A DNA stretch of 64,000 nt from Isurus oxyrinchus. Lineage: Eukaryota. The notes beneath the pieces are model-generated. The model did no database searches, had not been told where the DNA came from, and was given only the letters and a program-made list of their open reading frames with translations. Location: NCBI GenBank assembly GCA_026770705.1, contig JANJGN010000021.1, positions 42,966,001 to 43,030,000 of the forward strand. The letters run 5' to 3'. The position numbers and the translations under genes are program-made. This document shows positions 23,901 through 37,545 of this stretch, one piece after another (within the stretch, counting starts at the first letter, position 1; the number at the start of each line of letters is the position of its first letter).

Positions 23901-24759
23901 ATTTTTGACAATTCACCATTCACAATGGAATCTCTCATGTCACAAGCTCTCCTTTTCACCCACAAGCCAATGGGGGTGCTGAGCAAGCATTCCGGACCAG
24001 TAAAGACCTAATAACCATGAATTCAGATTGGCGAACAGCTCTCACCCAGTATCAGGCTATTCTTCTAACCAATGGATTATCTCCAGCTGAACTCCTTATG
24101 GACCATTTTATAAATTTGCAGGTTATCTATTGCCAGCTAACCTTCAGCCTAATCTCACCCCCGCTGACCATAACACAATGAGGGTGAAGGAGTTACACCA
24201 CCAGGAAAAACAACATCCATGGCACAATACCAGACTCAGAGTGAAAGCTTTGCCACCTTTGACATTGGGCCAGTGAGTTTGGATCCAGGAACGAAATGCT
24301 GAAGGCCTCATCCTCACTAGGATGGAACACCTGCACTTGTATTTAGTCCAGACGCCATCTGGTATCATCCGAAAAAACAGATGAGCCCTTGTGGCACTCG
24401 GTCCCACCAGACCACGGGGTTTCCACTACCATGAACCGTAGACCGAAGACCCTCAAAAAACTCCACATGCTCCGAGGAGTGTTGACCCACCCCAGGACCC
24501 ACTCCCAGTCCTCTGACCTAATGGAGCGATTACCAGGACATGCTCTGGTAGGGTGGTGAAGGCTCCCCAGAGTCTAACTCTGGAGAAGCTGAAGATCACT
24601 TTGGAGGGGTTGGGATAGTGAGACTGATGAGAGGGGATGCTGGGGGGAGGTGGATGGAGAAGGAGGCAGTAATGTAAATAGTTTAAAAACAAAGGTCATG
24701 TAAATAATTAAAGATCTTCATATTGTTATTAAAAAGGAGATAATGTACTTGGATGGAGA

Positions 24760-25009
24760 TGTAGTATAAAGGATTAATAGAATAGGTATTCCAATGTATG
24801 GAGCACACGATGATGTGGCACTGATGTCAGCTAGTCATGTGCAAGGTACTGAAGAGAGCAGATGGGCTGCCCAGAGGGCAGATTTGCCTTCCCTGTAAGT
24901 CACAATATACATATTGTAAATAGTGTAAATAAGTGAGTTTTTAAGTAGCTACCATAATACACCTGCAGCTCTTCCTCGCTAAAATCTTGGCCTAGCACGT
25001 CTTACAGCA
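24760..25009 (+). repeat. 3' LTR of Gypsy element
   Basis: Preceded by purine-rich GGATGGAGA; starts TGTAG, ends ACAGCA followed by the TSD. Confidence 0.85.
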
Positions 25010-25239
25010 CAAAGCAGCTAAGCAACTATGGGCATTTTAGCAGCCTAAAGGCTGGCTTCCCATAGCTTTAAAATCACCCCCCACCAAAAATCTTAAGCCC
25101 ATGCATGTGTGGACATCAGGGAAAAGCAGGTTGGGATCCTTTGGAATATCCTCTATGTCGTTGACTGATATTCATTGTTTAGAATGAATGGATATTCAAG
25201 GGAGGTGGGATGAGATTTCTGACATTAATTTTTAAAAAA

Positions 25240-25572
25240 TACAAATATTTTCACATTATTATTATGTATCTGTTCATGTGAGTGAGTCCTCTGTGGGGGC
25301 ATTTTTTTATGTATTTTCAAAATCTTTATTTTTGATTTTAAAATTCTTCAACTCCTTGAGGCAGCTCCCTGCCTTCAGGGGGCTTTCAGTGCGCACTCCC
25401 CCACACCCACCCTGGCAGTGCTGAACTTCTCAGTGGGCCTTTCATGCTGGCTGTTATTTGGCCAGCCAGCGTGAAATCGCGGTCAGGGGCCGATTGCAGG
25501 TGGCGGGCCATTTCATGGCTGCTCCTGGGCTCACCCGCCATGCCCTGCCCGATGACCCCAAAAATCCTGCCC
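25240..25572. mobile_element. Truncated Harbinger-type MITE, opposite orientation to 41134-41727
   Basis: GGCCAGCCAGCGTGAAATCGCGGTCAGGGGCC is the reverse complement of the MITE core; ends AAAATCCTGCCC. Confidence 0.6.
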
Positions 25573-27669
25573 CAAGGGTGTGAAATTCAATTGCCCTGAT
25601 TTTTGGCCACATGGGCCGCAGTTTTCAGTGTGATTGTGTGCCTCTTGCTTTCCACCCCACCTTCCCTCACACCAACCTTCCCCTTCTGATTTCTTTGCTT
25701 CCAGACATCCAAGAGCTGCCCTACAGCAATCCCAGGAGGAAGAGGCACAGCAACAGCACAGTGTTAATGAAGAGGTCATTAATGTGACAGTCACTGCCAC
25801 CACCTCAGATACGAGCATTGCACATAATTTGAATGTTAGTATAGAATTACGACCAGCATGTGTAGAATCGCCTGGGCATGAGTGGGCTGCAGCCAGGCCA
25901 GGGGGAACAAATGATTCAGTTGCCAGCTTACCAGAGTGCATGGTGGCAGATGTGTTCTGCTGCAGAGGACTCATGAGGACACTGTAGGGAAAGTATACAG
26001 GAGAGTTGATGGGCATGCATTGGCTGGCCTACCAGACAGCTTCCTGTCATTGTCGAGGAGTATGGCTCCAAGTTGGCAGAGCTTGCCCTCTCTGCTGCCT
26101 CTGCTCCATCTCTCTGTCGTGCTGCAGACCCAGAGGCACTGTCACTGTAGCCCCTTTACCTGTTGCCACCTTTGTGTGGATAGGTCACCAAAACCTCTGT
26201 CTTCCCCGTGACAATGCAGCAACACTCTCCAGCAAAGGCACCAAAACCCCTCCAAAAAATACACCCGAGCACTTTCAGACACTTTCCAGTGGAAAAAAGT
26301 TCCATAAATTTCACTTAGCCGCAATCAGGATACCTTTTAACTAGCACTACTACAGGGCCTAACTTGTTGCTTCAATTTTTTTTGTTCAAGAGTGGACAAT
26401 GCAGGATGATACTAAGATCTGTATTGTCTAATTGGTTGGACTGTGCGATGTCAGGATAGTCACTGTTTCTGTGTTCTTGGGAGCACACAGAGGAAGCAGC
26501 TGCTTGCACCCCTAATTTTGAAGAATGCCATGTGGGCCACATAGGTTGTGGCTCAGGACAATGCCAGTGCCAGGACAACCAAGGTAAGTCTGCATATACT
26601 GTCATTAGAAGTGACACAGCGTGAATGAACTCTTCACCTCGAAACACCAAATAGATTTCCACCAAATGTTCTTTGGTAAGTTAGGCAAGACCACCTTACA
26701 ATATAAAATGTCTAAGAATTCCGCAAAGTAAGTCATTAGAAAAGCTCTTTAAAAGATTGATCTCCACTCTGCTTTGAAATGTAAGATTTGCTAAAATTAG
26801 AAATATTGATCAGTGCAATACAGATTTATGTTTATTGTCCAATGATACTTATTAAAAGTACAGTTAAATCTAAATGTTACATGCATTATGTGTAAGGTTT
26901 CCTTGTGTAAGAAGGACTGTATGAAGTGTTCCTCTAATGCTTCAGGTGATTTACCAGGTCATTATAGTGGCACAATCTGAAACTAATGGATGTTCAGCAT
27001 GAGCCTGTGACTGTAATGACTGAATTCACACCAGTGTGAAAGCCAACCCGACACACAATGGTTTGAAGCTGGCACAAGCTCAAACGCACTGCAGTGTAAA
27101 CGCAGCTGGAATATAAGCCCCTGCTTTGTTGCCAGGCAACCAACTTTTTTTTGTGTCAGAGACCATTCACAGTGGCACCTGTACATTATGCATCACAAGG
27201 CTGCTGTCTCTGGTTTGCATGTTTTACAGTGGTTAAATCCCCGGACTGCAGGGTAAGTTGATACATCTAATGTCAGCATTGGCTGCGCTGAGGAGTTAGT
27301 TTACTGATAGTAAACTCAATGTTGAAGTATTAAACGGCTTAAAAAATACTGCATCCCTACAGGCTGAGAGATCCTCAAAGCACTCAGTTTATGCTTAAGG
27401 CCTTGAAAAGCAGTTTGATTTAATTTCATATCTATCAGTTCAAACAGAAATTATTTTGGCTCAATGCTTCCCAACAACGTTTTCCTCACCAATCCCACTT
27501 TATAGTGTCAGATTATAGGGTTTTTCTTACTTAATTTGGGGTAGTTTCTCTATTTTCAGTTTCAAAGTAAATTGGTAACACCTGTATCCTAGCTTCTGCT
27601 AACACTATCCTGAACCGAGCCAAGGGAGCAAAGCAAGGTAATTTCATTCTAGTTATTCCTTCCTTTCTG

Positions 27670-28145
27670 TTAATTTGAGCTCATCCAAAACTCCGCTGCC
27701 CATATCCTAACTCATACCACCCGTTCACCCATCAGCCCTATGCTTGCTGATCTACATTGGTTCCCAGTCAGCAAAGCCTCAATTTAAAACTTCTCATCCT
27801 TGTTTCAAATCCCAATATGGCCTCTCCCCCTCCCTACGCTTGCAGTTTCCTCCATTCCTGCAAGCGTCCAAGATCACTGCAGTCCTCTAATTCAGACCTT
27901 TCGCACATCACTGATTTACTTTACTCTATCATTGGCATCTGTGCGTTCAGTTCCTGGGCCCTAAACTCTGGAATTCCCTCTCTCTCCTCCTTTGAAAAGC
28001 TCCTCAGACCTAAACCTTTGACCAAGCTTGTTGTCACCTAATATCTCCTTATGTGGCTGGATGTGAAACTTTGATAATACTCCAATGAATCACCTCGGGA
28101 TACTTCACGAGGTTAAAAGTGGTATATAATTGTGAGTTGTTGATG
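27670..28145 (+). mobile_element. L2-type LINE 3' fragment
   Basis: IQNSAAHILT...SPISPMLADLHWFPV-like ORF2 C-terminus followed by a GGTATATAAT...GTTGTTG tail. Confidence 0.7.
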
Positions 28146-30484
28146 TTACATTGCTCATTTTTTCATTATGCAAACTAGTTTCTAGATTATTAATCCAGAG
28201 AATTAGACTGTTGATCGATGGAGGCAAGTTCAAATCTCACCAGGGTAGTCTGAGATAATAGCTCCCATGAAACACAATGGAGTATTTTATTACATTAAAG
28301 GTGTCATATAAATGCAAGTTGCTGTTGTTATTGCATGCAAGTGGGCCAACTGAGATTGGGAAATCATCATTCAGAAGATTTTAGGCAAATACACTCATTC
28401 TCCCACGCAATAGTGTTGTATAATAGGGCTTCAATGTTTCCAATATATCACTTCTAATACTAATTTTCTCCAGTTACAGCATTTTCTATTAATTCTGCGA
28501 TTGGTCCGGTAGCCAATTAAAGACTTTTAATAGCTCAAGATTATAATTGCACCTATCACAGGGACTGGCTATATAAAGACTAGGAACTTTCTGCATACAT
28601 TCAGTCACAATAATAAAAACAATGCTGACGTAAACAATCACTCTTTATATACCTCCTTTCTGTGATACGTGCAATTATACTCTCAGGAGCATTTCAACGT
28701 TCCTTTAATTGGCTACTTGGACTATCACTACTTTAGAATGGAATTAACAGAAAGTGCTGTAAGCTGGAGAAAATTAGCAACCCACCTTCCCCAAAACAAC
28801 TATTAATACTTCCTTCCCACATAGAACGCCCACGGCTCATTGCATTTTCTTTTTAAAAGAGGATATTGTTTAAAGACACAAACTCCCCACATAAAACCTC
28901 ATTGTAAAATAGATAAGAAAAATGAGAAAGGAGTGACTTCAAATTGTGCTTGATTTTGAAATTATGATGAGCAATCTCTTTCCCTTCAAATGGGATAAAT
29001 TGTTCCTTACAATGGTTAGTGTCAATGAAACCATCATGGGGGCTGAAGTGATATCAGTGATGCATTGATCTGTTGACCTGATACCGGAGGGTGAGTGATT
29101 TGGACAGATACACACTGATGGCTGTGAGGTTTGGTGACTTGAATAAAATAAATGGATTACTTCTCTAACAATTTCTACATCTATCTTTCTACTCATCTGA
29201 GTCCCTATCCTCTCTCTGGTTTTCAACTAGCAAAATGTCCTCATATCTTTAACCTCACACTTCAGAATTCCATTGCCATTGCCGATAGATATACACCTGA
29301 TCTGAATCTAATGAATGGCAATGGGCATTGTAAACTACAGCTTTTGCATTTCTGAAAACATTGTGAATGGTAATTACTGTATCAGAACTGAATGCAATGG
29401 CTTAATGTTACAAGAGGTTTTTTTAAGCATTACAATGGGTTAGATCTCAGTTTAGGTTTGCATTTTTTGCTGTTAATATTAACCATTCTCTACTTTGGGA
29501 GGGATTATAACTAAAACAATGGTGGATTATGAATACTTGGCTGCTCCGATACACCTTTGATAACCGATTGAAGAACAGCATTGGCACAGTTCTGGCAAAT
29601 GATTGTGTAAACATTTTCTCTTAATGCTGGCAATGCCGCTTGGCATGGGAAAAGCTAAATTTGTGAACAAATAAAGGGACACAAAAAATATTTGTACAAT
29701 TTGGCTCAGTCTCCATATATTTCCAGTATGATGGTGACTGCGTTTTGTTCAGGAAATTATTCTTTTTGAAGGCTGTAATATCTTGGAGTTCAGTGCTATA
29801 ATAATGAACAGCTAATGAATTGTATTATTTCAGTGAGACACAGTGATCAGAATCACAAACCTGGCAGTCTGTCGGTAGAATGGAAATGATGGCTGGTGCA
29901 ATATTGAAGCCATGTTCCTCATATTTTTATTAAATGCTAAAAACATTATTTACAAAGCTGTCTAAATATACCTCATGGATAAACATCATTATTGCACCAT
30001 CTTTTCCATCTAGTTGGATTCTTTAGTCCTGAAATACAAGATTTTAAAATTGTAGATCAAACAACAGCTTGAAACAATTTTAAAATATTTCAAATCATCC
30101 CTGGTTTTGAAGTTATATTCTTTCCTTCTTTGTGATCTTGCTTTACATGTGGCATTGATTAACTAAGATGGCAGGGAGGTAACTTAATAGAAGGGCTATT
30201 TCTGCCCTTGTGTCACGTGCTGTAGAATGATAAGGTGATTTCCCCTAAGTTTTGCTTTCATTCAGGTCACAAATCATCTCCCTCCATTTGGTTACACATC
30301 TGCAACAGGTTTTGAACAAAATTGAGAACTACTGTGAGGGAGCAAGGACACAAATCCATCCATCCACTATTCTACCACTCCAATACAAATTATTAGCAGA
30401 CCAGAATAGTATATCACTGGTGCACACCCTCCATGTCAATCTTGGCTCATTGTAAATACTCTCATCTCTGCATCAAAATATTCA

Positions 30485-31710
30485 AGTTCCACTCCAGAGT
30501 GTTGAGCGCATAATCCAGACCAAAACTTCAGTGCCGTACTGATGGAGTGCTGCACCGTCAGAGGCATTGGCTAACATTTTATGTTCCCCTCCCCTGGTGG
30601 GATCTGAGGCGGTGGTGGGGGAGAACATGAAATTGCATGGACGGGATCCCACCCACCCCAACCTGGTCATGATTTTACGCTGGGGCAAGCTGGGCGTTGG
30701 GTGGGCTGCCAGCCCTTGCACCAATTAAGGCCCTTAAGTGACCACTTAATGGCCACTCAACGGTCTTTTCCCACCCAGCCTCAATTTGTAGTCTGGCAGG
30801 TGTATTAGGGGGGCAACTCAAAAATTCAATCTCGGGCAGCAAGTGAGTGGGGGCGTTCTCCCCTTAGGCCCCAGTGACCTCCGGACCTCCCTCCCCCACC
30901 GACCTATCCCCCGAGACCCCGATTGCACTCCTCGTGACCTCCCAGGTCTTCTCTACCCACCCCACCCACCACCCCCTCCACCCACCCCACCCCTCCCCCC
31001 CCATCCCACACCCGATCACTGCCACTTAACCTGTCCTCTGGTTCCCGGCAGTTAGTTCCAGACAGCTAGCTGCAGTGCCACTGTAACGCTGTTCTTCAAA
31101 TGACAGGAGAACTGCTGGCCAATCTGATAGTCCGGCAGCTCTCCATGGTAGGACTTCCTCCTAGTGATGGGCAGAAGTCCTGCCTTCTGCCAATCAACGC
31201 TTGTTAGAGCATGAAACGGCATCTGGCTGCTGGAGTTGGCAGAGGTATTTTGGCCAAGCCCCCACCATCCTGAATATCCCGGCCATAATCTTTCAGGTAC
31301 ATTGTTAAAGCAACATACCATCTGCCTCCTAAGGTAAAGGTAATATGGCATTCTTTGAAAGTTAGGCAAGGGAGTTAAAGAGAAAACAACTTTGATTTAT
31401 ATTGTGCCCTTCAGAATCTTAGAACACCCCATAGCGTTTTGCAGACAATTATGTATTTTTGAAGGGTTGTCACTATTATAATGGTGAAAATGTCCTGGTC
31501 AGTATTAATCCTGTAATCAATTTCTCCCAAGAGCAGGCTTACTGGTCATTTATCCTATAGCTCTTTGAGGGAATTAGCTGTGTACAAATTGGTTATAGTA
31601 TTTCCCGATATTACAGTTGTAATTATACTTCAAAAATAATTCACTAGTTGTGAAGTGCTTCTTAATACCCTGAAGTGATGAAGGGTGCTACATAGACCCA
31701 AATTCTTTAT
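30485..31710. mobile_element. DeuSINE fragments interrupted by a GC-rich TIR-like element
   Basis: CAGTGCCGTACTGATGGAGTGCTGCACCGTCAGAGG at 30530; DeuSINE 3' part at 31540-31710; MITE-like core with C-rich tract 30570-31260. Confidence 0.45.
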
Positions 31711-31921
31711 TTATTGTGGTTTTCCATTCTAAGCCCTAACGATGTATTGAGGCTGGTCAATTCAATCCAGAATCCATTGCTCACATTACTTCAACCTTGC
31801 ATCTGAGGGAGTTCATCAGAAAAAGAAGTAAAGATATAAAAAGAGATTGTAAAATCAAAAGCAAAAAAAAAGTTTCAGAAACAATACTTCTTGGAGGGAA
31901 GAGAGATTTCCTTCACCTTAC

Positions 31922-32043
31922 CTTCACTGTTTCTGTTGTGTTGGGGATATGGAGTGTATAGACTCCATTTGTAGTAAATCCTGACTTGTACGCTTCAGCA
32001 CAATCTTTAAAAGCGACTTGATCTTTTGCAACTCGTTGTATTT
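31922..32043 (-). CDS. ANGPT2: Angiopoietin (ANGPT2-like) coding exon 5, start of fibrinogen-like domain
   Basis: Not in the ORF track; read by hand: (E)IQRVAKDQVAFKDCAEAYKSGFTTNGVYTLHIPNTTETVK. Acceptor atcatag, donor gtaagg, 122 bp, phase 1/0. Confidence 0.9.
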
Positions 32044-35000
32044 CTATGATAAAGAGCAACAGATGCCTTCATTTTATTCCAACTGGTTTATAAAGTGAGT
32101 GTAGCATTTCAAACACATGTTCAACTTTGGGCCAATGCTGCATCTTGTTTGAGGACATCGTAGCTGAGACAGCTTTAATGTTATTTATTGTATCTCAAAG
32201 AAAAGGACACTATCGGCCTTGTTTCACCAAGGAGGAAGGGGTGACAGGGGGATTCATAATCTAGGATGAGGGCAGATCTGTACTTTCTACTCCCTAGTTT
32301 AATCCTTGGTATAGGCTTGAGGTAAGGACAAGTAAGCGAAAATAGGCCCAGAAGATGCACTAAGTACCCAGCAGTGTCCTTTTTACACTTTTCCACATGA
32401 AACAACATCTGTAGGCTATTTCAACACTGGAATAAATCAGTGAAAACAGATTCACATCCCCAACAGCTCAACATATGAGCAAGTTTTTTATTTATTAAAA
32501 TAAACAAAAAATAGTTCTGACAAGGTAGCTGTGTATCTATCTATTACCTCCTGGGGCCACCATTGCTGATGCTCATAAATGGTACATTGACAGGGGAATT
32601 AAATATTAATTACTGCCCCAGAGTCCAGTGGGGAATCACCAGTTTGGTGCTTCAAGGCAGATCACAGATGTTTGTATCTGACATTCCGTTTAATTTTGCA
32701 CTGCTGATCACATTGCGGAGGAGGGGAAGAGAGAGAATGATAAAAAATAATTACTAAATTTACATCTTCCATTTCTTTTCATAAATATCTCTTTGAGGGC
32801 TGAAAGTTCAGCTCCAGTGCTTTTTGCATCTATTGTTCAAGTACCCTTATTTACATATTTATGAATATTATTTATAGCCCTAAAATATGCAAACTACATT
32901 TCAATCTGTTTATCTCTATCTCATGACTCATGACTCTTTTCACAAGGTGAAGAAAAAAGTCACATTTTCACTATAATGCATAGTATCAAAGTGTATGCTG
33001 CACCGTTAGACAAACCAGAATGTCTGTGACACATTGGAGTGGCCTTATGGTGGGCATTATATCATTAACAAGTGAGGATACTCTTTGAATATTTCTCAAC
33101 ATTCAACCTTTCAGGCATAAGTTAAAAGTTGCTGTGATATATTCTCATCAATTCAAAGATGATTCATTGTCCCCTTGTGAGATACAGAGGCATTGTTAGT
33201 TACTGTTTAGGGAGAAGGGACATGACTCCTCAGGATTCCCACCAATAATACCTTAGCTCTTTATGCCAATTACTAACTGGGTTCTTGCTTAGGCAATATT
33301 CCAATTGAAAACTACATCATAATCTAGTGTTTCATCTAAATGAACAGAATTCTGATTGTCAACACAACTTTCATCAACTTGCCCCCACCCCACCATGTTT
33401 CAAACCTAAAGATGCTGTTGGCACAGTGATGTTGTCCCATTCAATGACTTTGCTTGGTGGGAAACGGAAAATTATTACTGGCATTTCATTTACTGTACAT
33501 AGTACACACTGTTCTCCAGCCGACATGGCACCTCAGCGTTTCAGAGAGTGACTTGGGTCAGCTCACTTCAGACTTTTAGTCTCCCATCTCCCATGAGCCA
33601 ATGGAGATTTGTACCTCACTTGAAGTATAACCGGCTTTGGAAGAATTGATCAGTGGCAGCAGGGCTGATTGAGCTACTTAATACAGGCAAGTGGACAACT
33701 TACTTAAAGACTCCGATCCAATTTACCTGCTTTATGTATATAGTGATTTGACAAAATTGCATTAGCCAATCCCAACAAGAGACTATAATTTCATTAAAAC
33801 AACTGCAATGGCATCCTCAATGATAAATAACTGAGCCACACTAATCAAGAAGGCCCCAGTATGATCTATGGTCTGTGCTGAATTAACTGTTCTCAGAGAG
33901 GACAACAGTAAATGCCTACAAGTGGCCTTAGTACTTTTGGGTTAGAGAGGGCCAGAATTTCCATTTCATATTGAACATTCGCAACACCTGTCCAGGACAT
34001 GGTGAAAACATGATGAATTGATTTTATCTCAAAAAAATATAAATTGTCAAACATATTGTCACAGAAAAGCAAAGTTGATAATTGATCAGTATCACTGAAA
34101 ACAATCAAATTAATTGATATAATTCCAATTTTCTAGGCTGTTTCAGAGAGGGACTGAAGGAAGTAGAGAGAAATATAACCTTAGATGATTAAATAATACT
34201 TGCAATGCAAAAGTCCTAGAGTTCTTGTAGTGCCTATTGAGAACAACTGGCCAGAGTTGGGCACTGGATATGCAGGCGTGGGAAGATATTCTGGAGCTTT
34301 GCTTGGTTATCCTCAGCAGAGTTTCCCCTCAGGTGTCAAATCAGTTCTCCCTATTTGCGAGAGAACCTCAGCATCCATTTTTGTAGGCCTCTGATCAAAC
34401 GTGTCAAAATGTATCTGTAGTAATTATGGTTTTATTTTGTATGCAATGTACCTTTAAGAATCAGACGTGTTAAGGAAGATCACTTGATCTGTAGTAACCA
34501 ATAGGAGAATAGCTTATGCTACCTCAGCAGTCATTATAGAGATGGAGTTGGAAGCACACGTGTAGTTGCTGCTGAGTATGTTGTAATTAAACTTTATGTT
34601 TCCACCTAAGAAGCATCTGCAGATTAACTCTATCATTAATAGTAGAAACTCGGCCACCCTTACAACAGTACCATAAAATTTCTTACTGTTATCTTGTGTT
34701 AGACAGGAGTGCCAATAATGTTGGAAACTTAGAGCACAATGTGTCATCCTTTGAATTCAGGCCAGTGATTAGGAGTTTTACCTTGCTTTCTCCAAGCTGA
34801 AGAGTCTGGTTTGAAGCATAAAAGGCACAGGACCACGAGAGCACACAATGGTGTTTCTTCTGAATGAACATCTGGTATGGCCCCGGTGTGCAACAGCATG
34901 GAGGAATGTAGGAACAACCTGTTTATGGGTCATCCTGAAACAAGGCTGAACATTGCACATAATTTCAAATTTCATATGATCTGGGAGTGCAACCAATTTC

Positions 35001-35089
35001 CCCACAACTGGAGATGTTTATGGCATAGAGGTAACTCCCATACTCAAAAAAGGAGGGATACAGAAAGCAGGCCAGTTAGCTTAATATTT

Positions 35090-35785
35090 AGAGTCATAGA
35101 GTTATATAGCACAGCAACAGATCCTTTGACCCATCGTGTCTGTGCTGGCCATCAAGCAGCTATCTGTTCTAATCCCATTTTCCGGCACTTGGCTCATAGC
35201 CCTGAATGCTATGGCATTTTAAGTGCTCATCTAAACACTTAAATGTTGTGAGGGTTCCTGCCTCTACCACCCACTTAGGTGGTGTGTTCCAGATTCCAAC
35301 CACCCCCCGGGTGAAAAAAAATGTCCTCAAATCCCTCTAAACCTCCTGCCCATAACCTTAAATCTATGCCCCCTGGTTATTGACATTGCTGCTAAGGGGA
35401 AACATTACTTCCTAGCTACTTTATCTATGCCCCTCATAATTTTGTATACCTCTATCAGGTCCCCTCCCAGCCTCCTCTGCTTGAAGGAAAGCAACCCTAG
35501 CTTATCCAGTCTCTCTTCACAGCTGAAATGCTCCAGCTCAGGCAACACCCTCTCTAGTGCAAACACATCCTTCCTATAGTCTGGTGACCAGAACTGCACA
35601 CAGTACTCCAGCTGTGGCCTAACTAGTGTTTTAAACAACTTCAACATAACCTCCCTGCTCTTATATTCTATGCCTTGGCTAATAAAGGCAAATATCCCAT
35701 ATGCCTTCTTAAAAATCTTATCTACCTGTGCTGCTACCTTCAGGGATCTATGGACATGTACACCAAGGTCCCTCTGATCCTCTGT
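35090..35785 (-). mobile_element. CR1 (HER1-like) LINE 3' fragment
   Basis: LFKTLVRPQLEYCVQFWSP...RRLGGDLIEVYKI on the minus strand plus 3' UTR. Confidence 0.9.
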
Positions 35786-37545
35786 ACTTTCCTTCTGCCA
35801 TAGGGAAAATGCTAGAATCTATTATTAAGGAGGGTAAAAGTGGGGCACTTAGAAAATCTTAATGCAATCAGGCAAGTCAATATGGTTTTGTCAATATTTG
35901 ATTAATTTATTAGAGTACTTGAGGAAGTAACAAGCAATGTAGATAAAGGAGAAACTGTAGATGTTGTGTACTTGGACTTCCAAAAGGCATTTGACAAGGT
36001 GCTGCATCAAATCCACTACACAAAATAAGAGCTTATGGTGTAGGGGTAACATATGATCATGGATAGAGGATTGGTCAGCTAGCAGGAAACTAAGTGTAGG
36101 GATAAATGGATCATTTTTGGGTTGGCAAGATGTAACCAGTGGAGTGCCACAGTGCTGGGACCTCAATTATTTACAGTCTATATCAATAACTTGGATGAAA
36201 GGACCAAATGTATGGTTGCTAAATTTACTGATGACACAAAGATAGGTAGCAACGTAAGTTGTTGAGAAGACATAATGTGCTGTAATTTCGACTAGCGTCA
36301 GAAAGTGCTGGTGCACAGGAAATAGAAGAAATAATACCTACTTACCTAGTCTTGAAAATTACGTTGCCACTTCCATTCGCTGGAGCTGCTTGGGGTCCTC
36401 CTCGCAGGCCCCAGTGAAGTGTAGCACCAATGGATTCAAGGAGGCCACGCCTCGTTTTTACAGCACTTGCTGCTGTAAAGCAGGTAAGTTTAAAGGGCCA
36501 AGGAAATTGACAGACCAAGGAGAAGGCAAGTGCCTAAGGTAAGTGGATAGAATTGGTGGGTGGGATGTCTGGGGGCAGTCCAGGGGGCCGAAAGGGGGTG
36601 GGTCAGAGGCCTGGGGGGGTCAAAAGTCTACGGGGGCGGTCCAAGGTACCGGGGGGTGGGGTCCGTGGTACCGGAAGGTGGGGTACAAGGTAGGGGTGGG
36701 TCCGAGACATGGTGGGGGTCCGAGGTACAGGGGTGGTGCTTGAGGATGGGGTCAGATGTTGGTTGGAGGTCTGGGGCATCGTGGTGGGGGGAGGGCTGAG
36801 GTCCGGGGGCTGGGGTCGAATGTCCGATGGGGGTGTGAGATCTGGGGGGTTCCAGGGTCAGGAAGGTCATGAGAGGGATCCTTGGTTTGGAGGTATGGCT
36901 GGGTGGTAGTCAGAGGTCTGGAAGGTTTGGAGATCCTTGGGGGTGCCCAAGGAAATTGAGAGATATTGCAGAACCCAGCAGTACAGAGTGACCTGGGTGT
37001 CCTGGTCCATGAATTGCAAAAAAATGTTAGTATGTGGGTACAGGAAGTGATTTGGAAGGCAAATGGGATGTGTTGTTTATTGCAAGGGGCATGGAATATA
37101 ATAGGAGGGAGATTTTGCTACAGTTGTACAAGGGCACTGCTGTGTCCACATCTGGCGAAAAGTTTTGGTCTCCTTGTTTAAGAAACAATGTAATTGCATT
37201 AAAAGCATTGCAGAGAATATTCACTTTACTGATTCCTAGGATGAAGGGAGTGTCTTATGAGGAAAAGTTGGACAGGTTGGGCCTTTATCCATTGGAGTTC
37301 AGAAGAATGAGCGGTGATCTTATTGAAACATATGAGAGGACTTGACAAGCTGGATGCTGAAAGTAGGTTTCCCCTTGTGGGAGCGACTAGAGCTAGGGTG
37401 AACAGTTTAAAAAGAGGTCTCCCATTTAAAATGGAGATAAGGAGATTTTTTTCTCTCAGAGGGCTGTTAGTCTGGTGAATTCTCTTCCTCAAAGAGCAGT
37501 AGAGGCGGGGTCATTGAATATTTTTAAGGCCAAGTTAGATAGATT

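Larger units (their letters stand above)
20741..25009 (+). mobile_element. Ty3/Gypsy LTR retrotransposon with both LTRs, degenerate
   Basis: TG...CA termini and 5-bp TSD CAAAG (20736-20740, 25010-25014). Gag zinc-knuckle remnant CPARGAESFRCGRPEYIQHFC, protease FDTG, RT CHMDDILI, integrase FSDNGPQF. Confidence 0.92.
20478..25100. mobile_element. Probable Harbinger-type MITE hosting the second Gypsy element
   Basis: GGCTTGGATTT / AAATCTTAAGCCC inverted ends with ATG adjacent on both sides; exact termini ambiguous by 1 nt. Confidence 0.45.

Noticed and set aside
25575-26350. ORFs 25531-26016 and 25634-25987 as genes
   Set aside because: They resemble degraded Harbinger accessory-gene sequence next to a MITE end, with no supportable exon structure.
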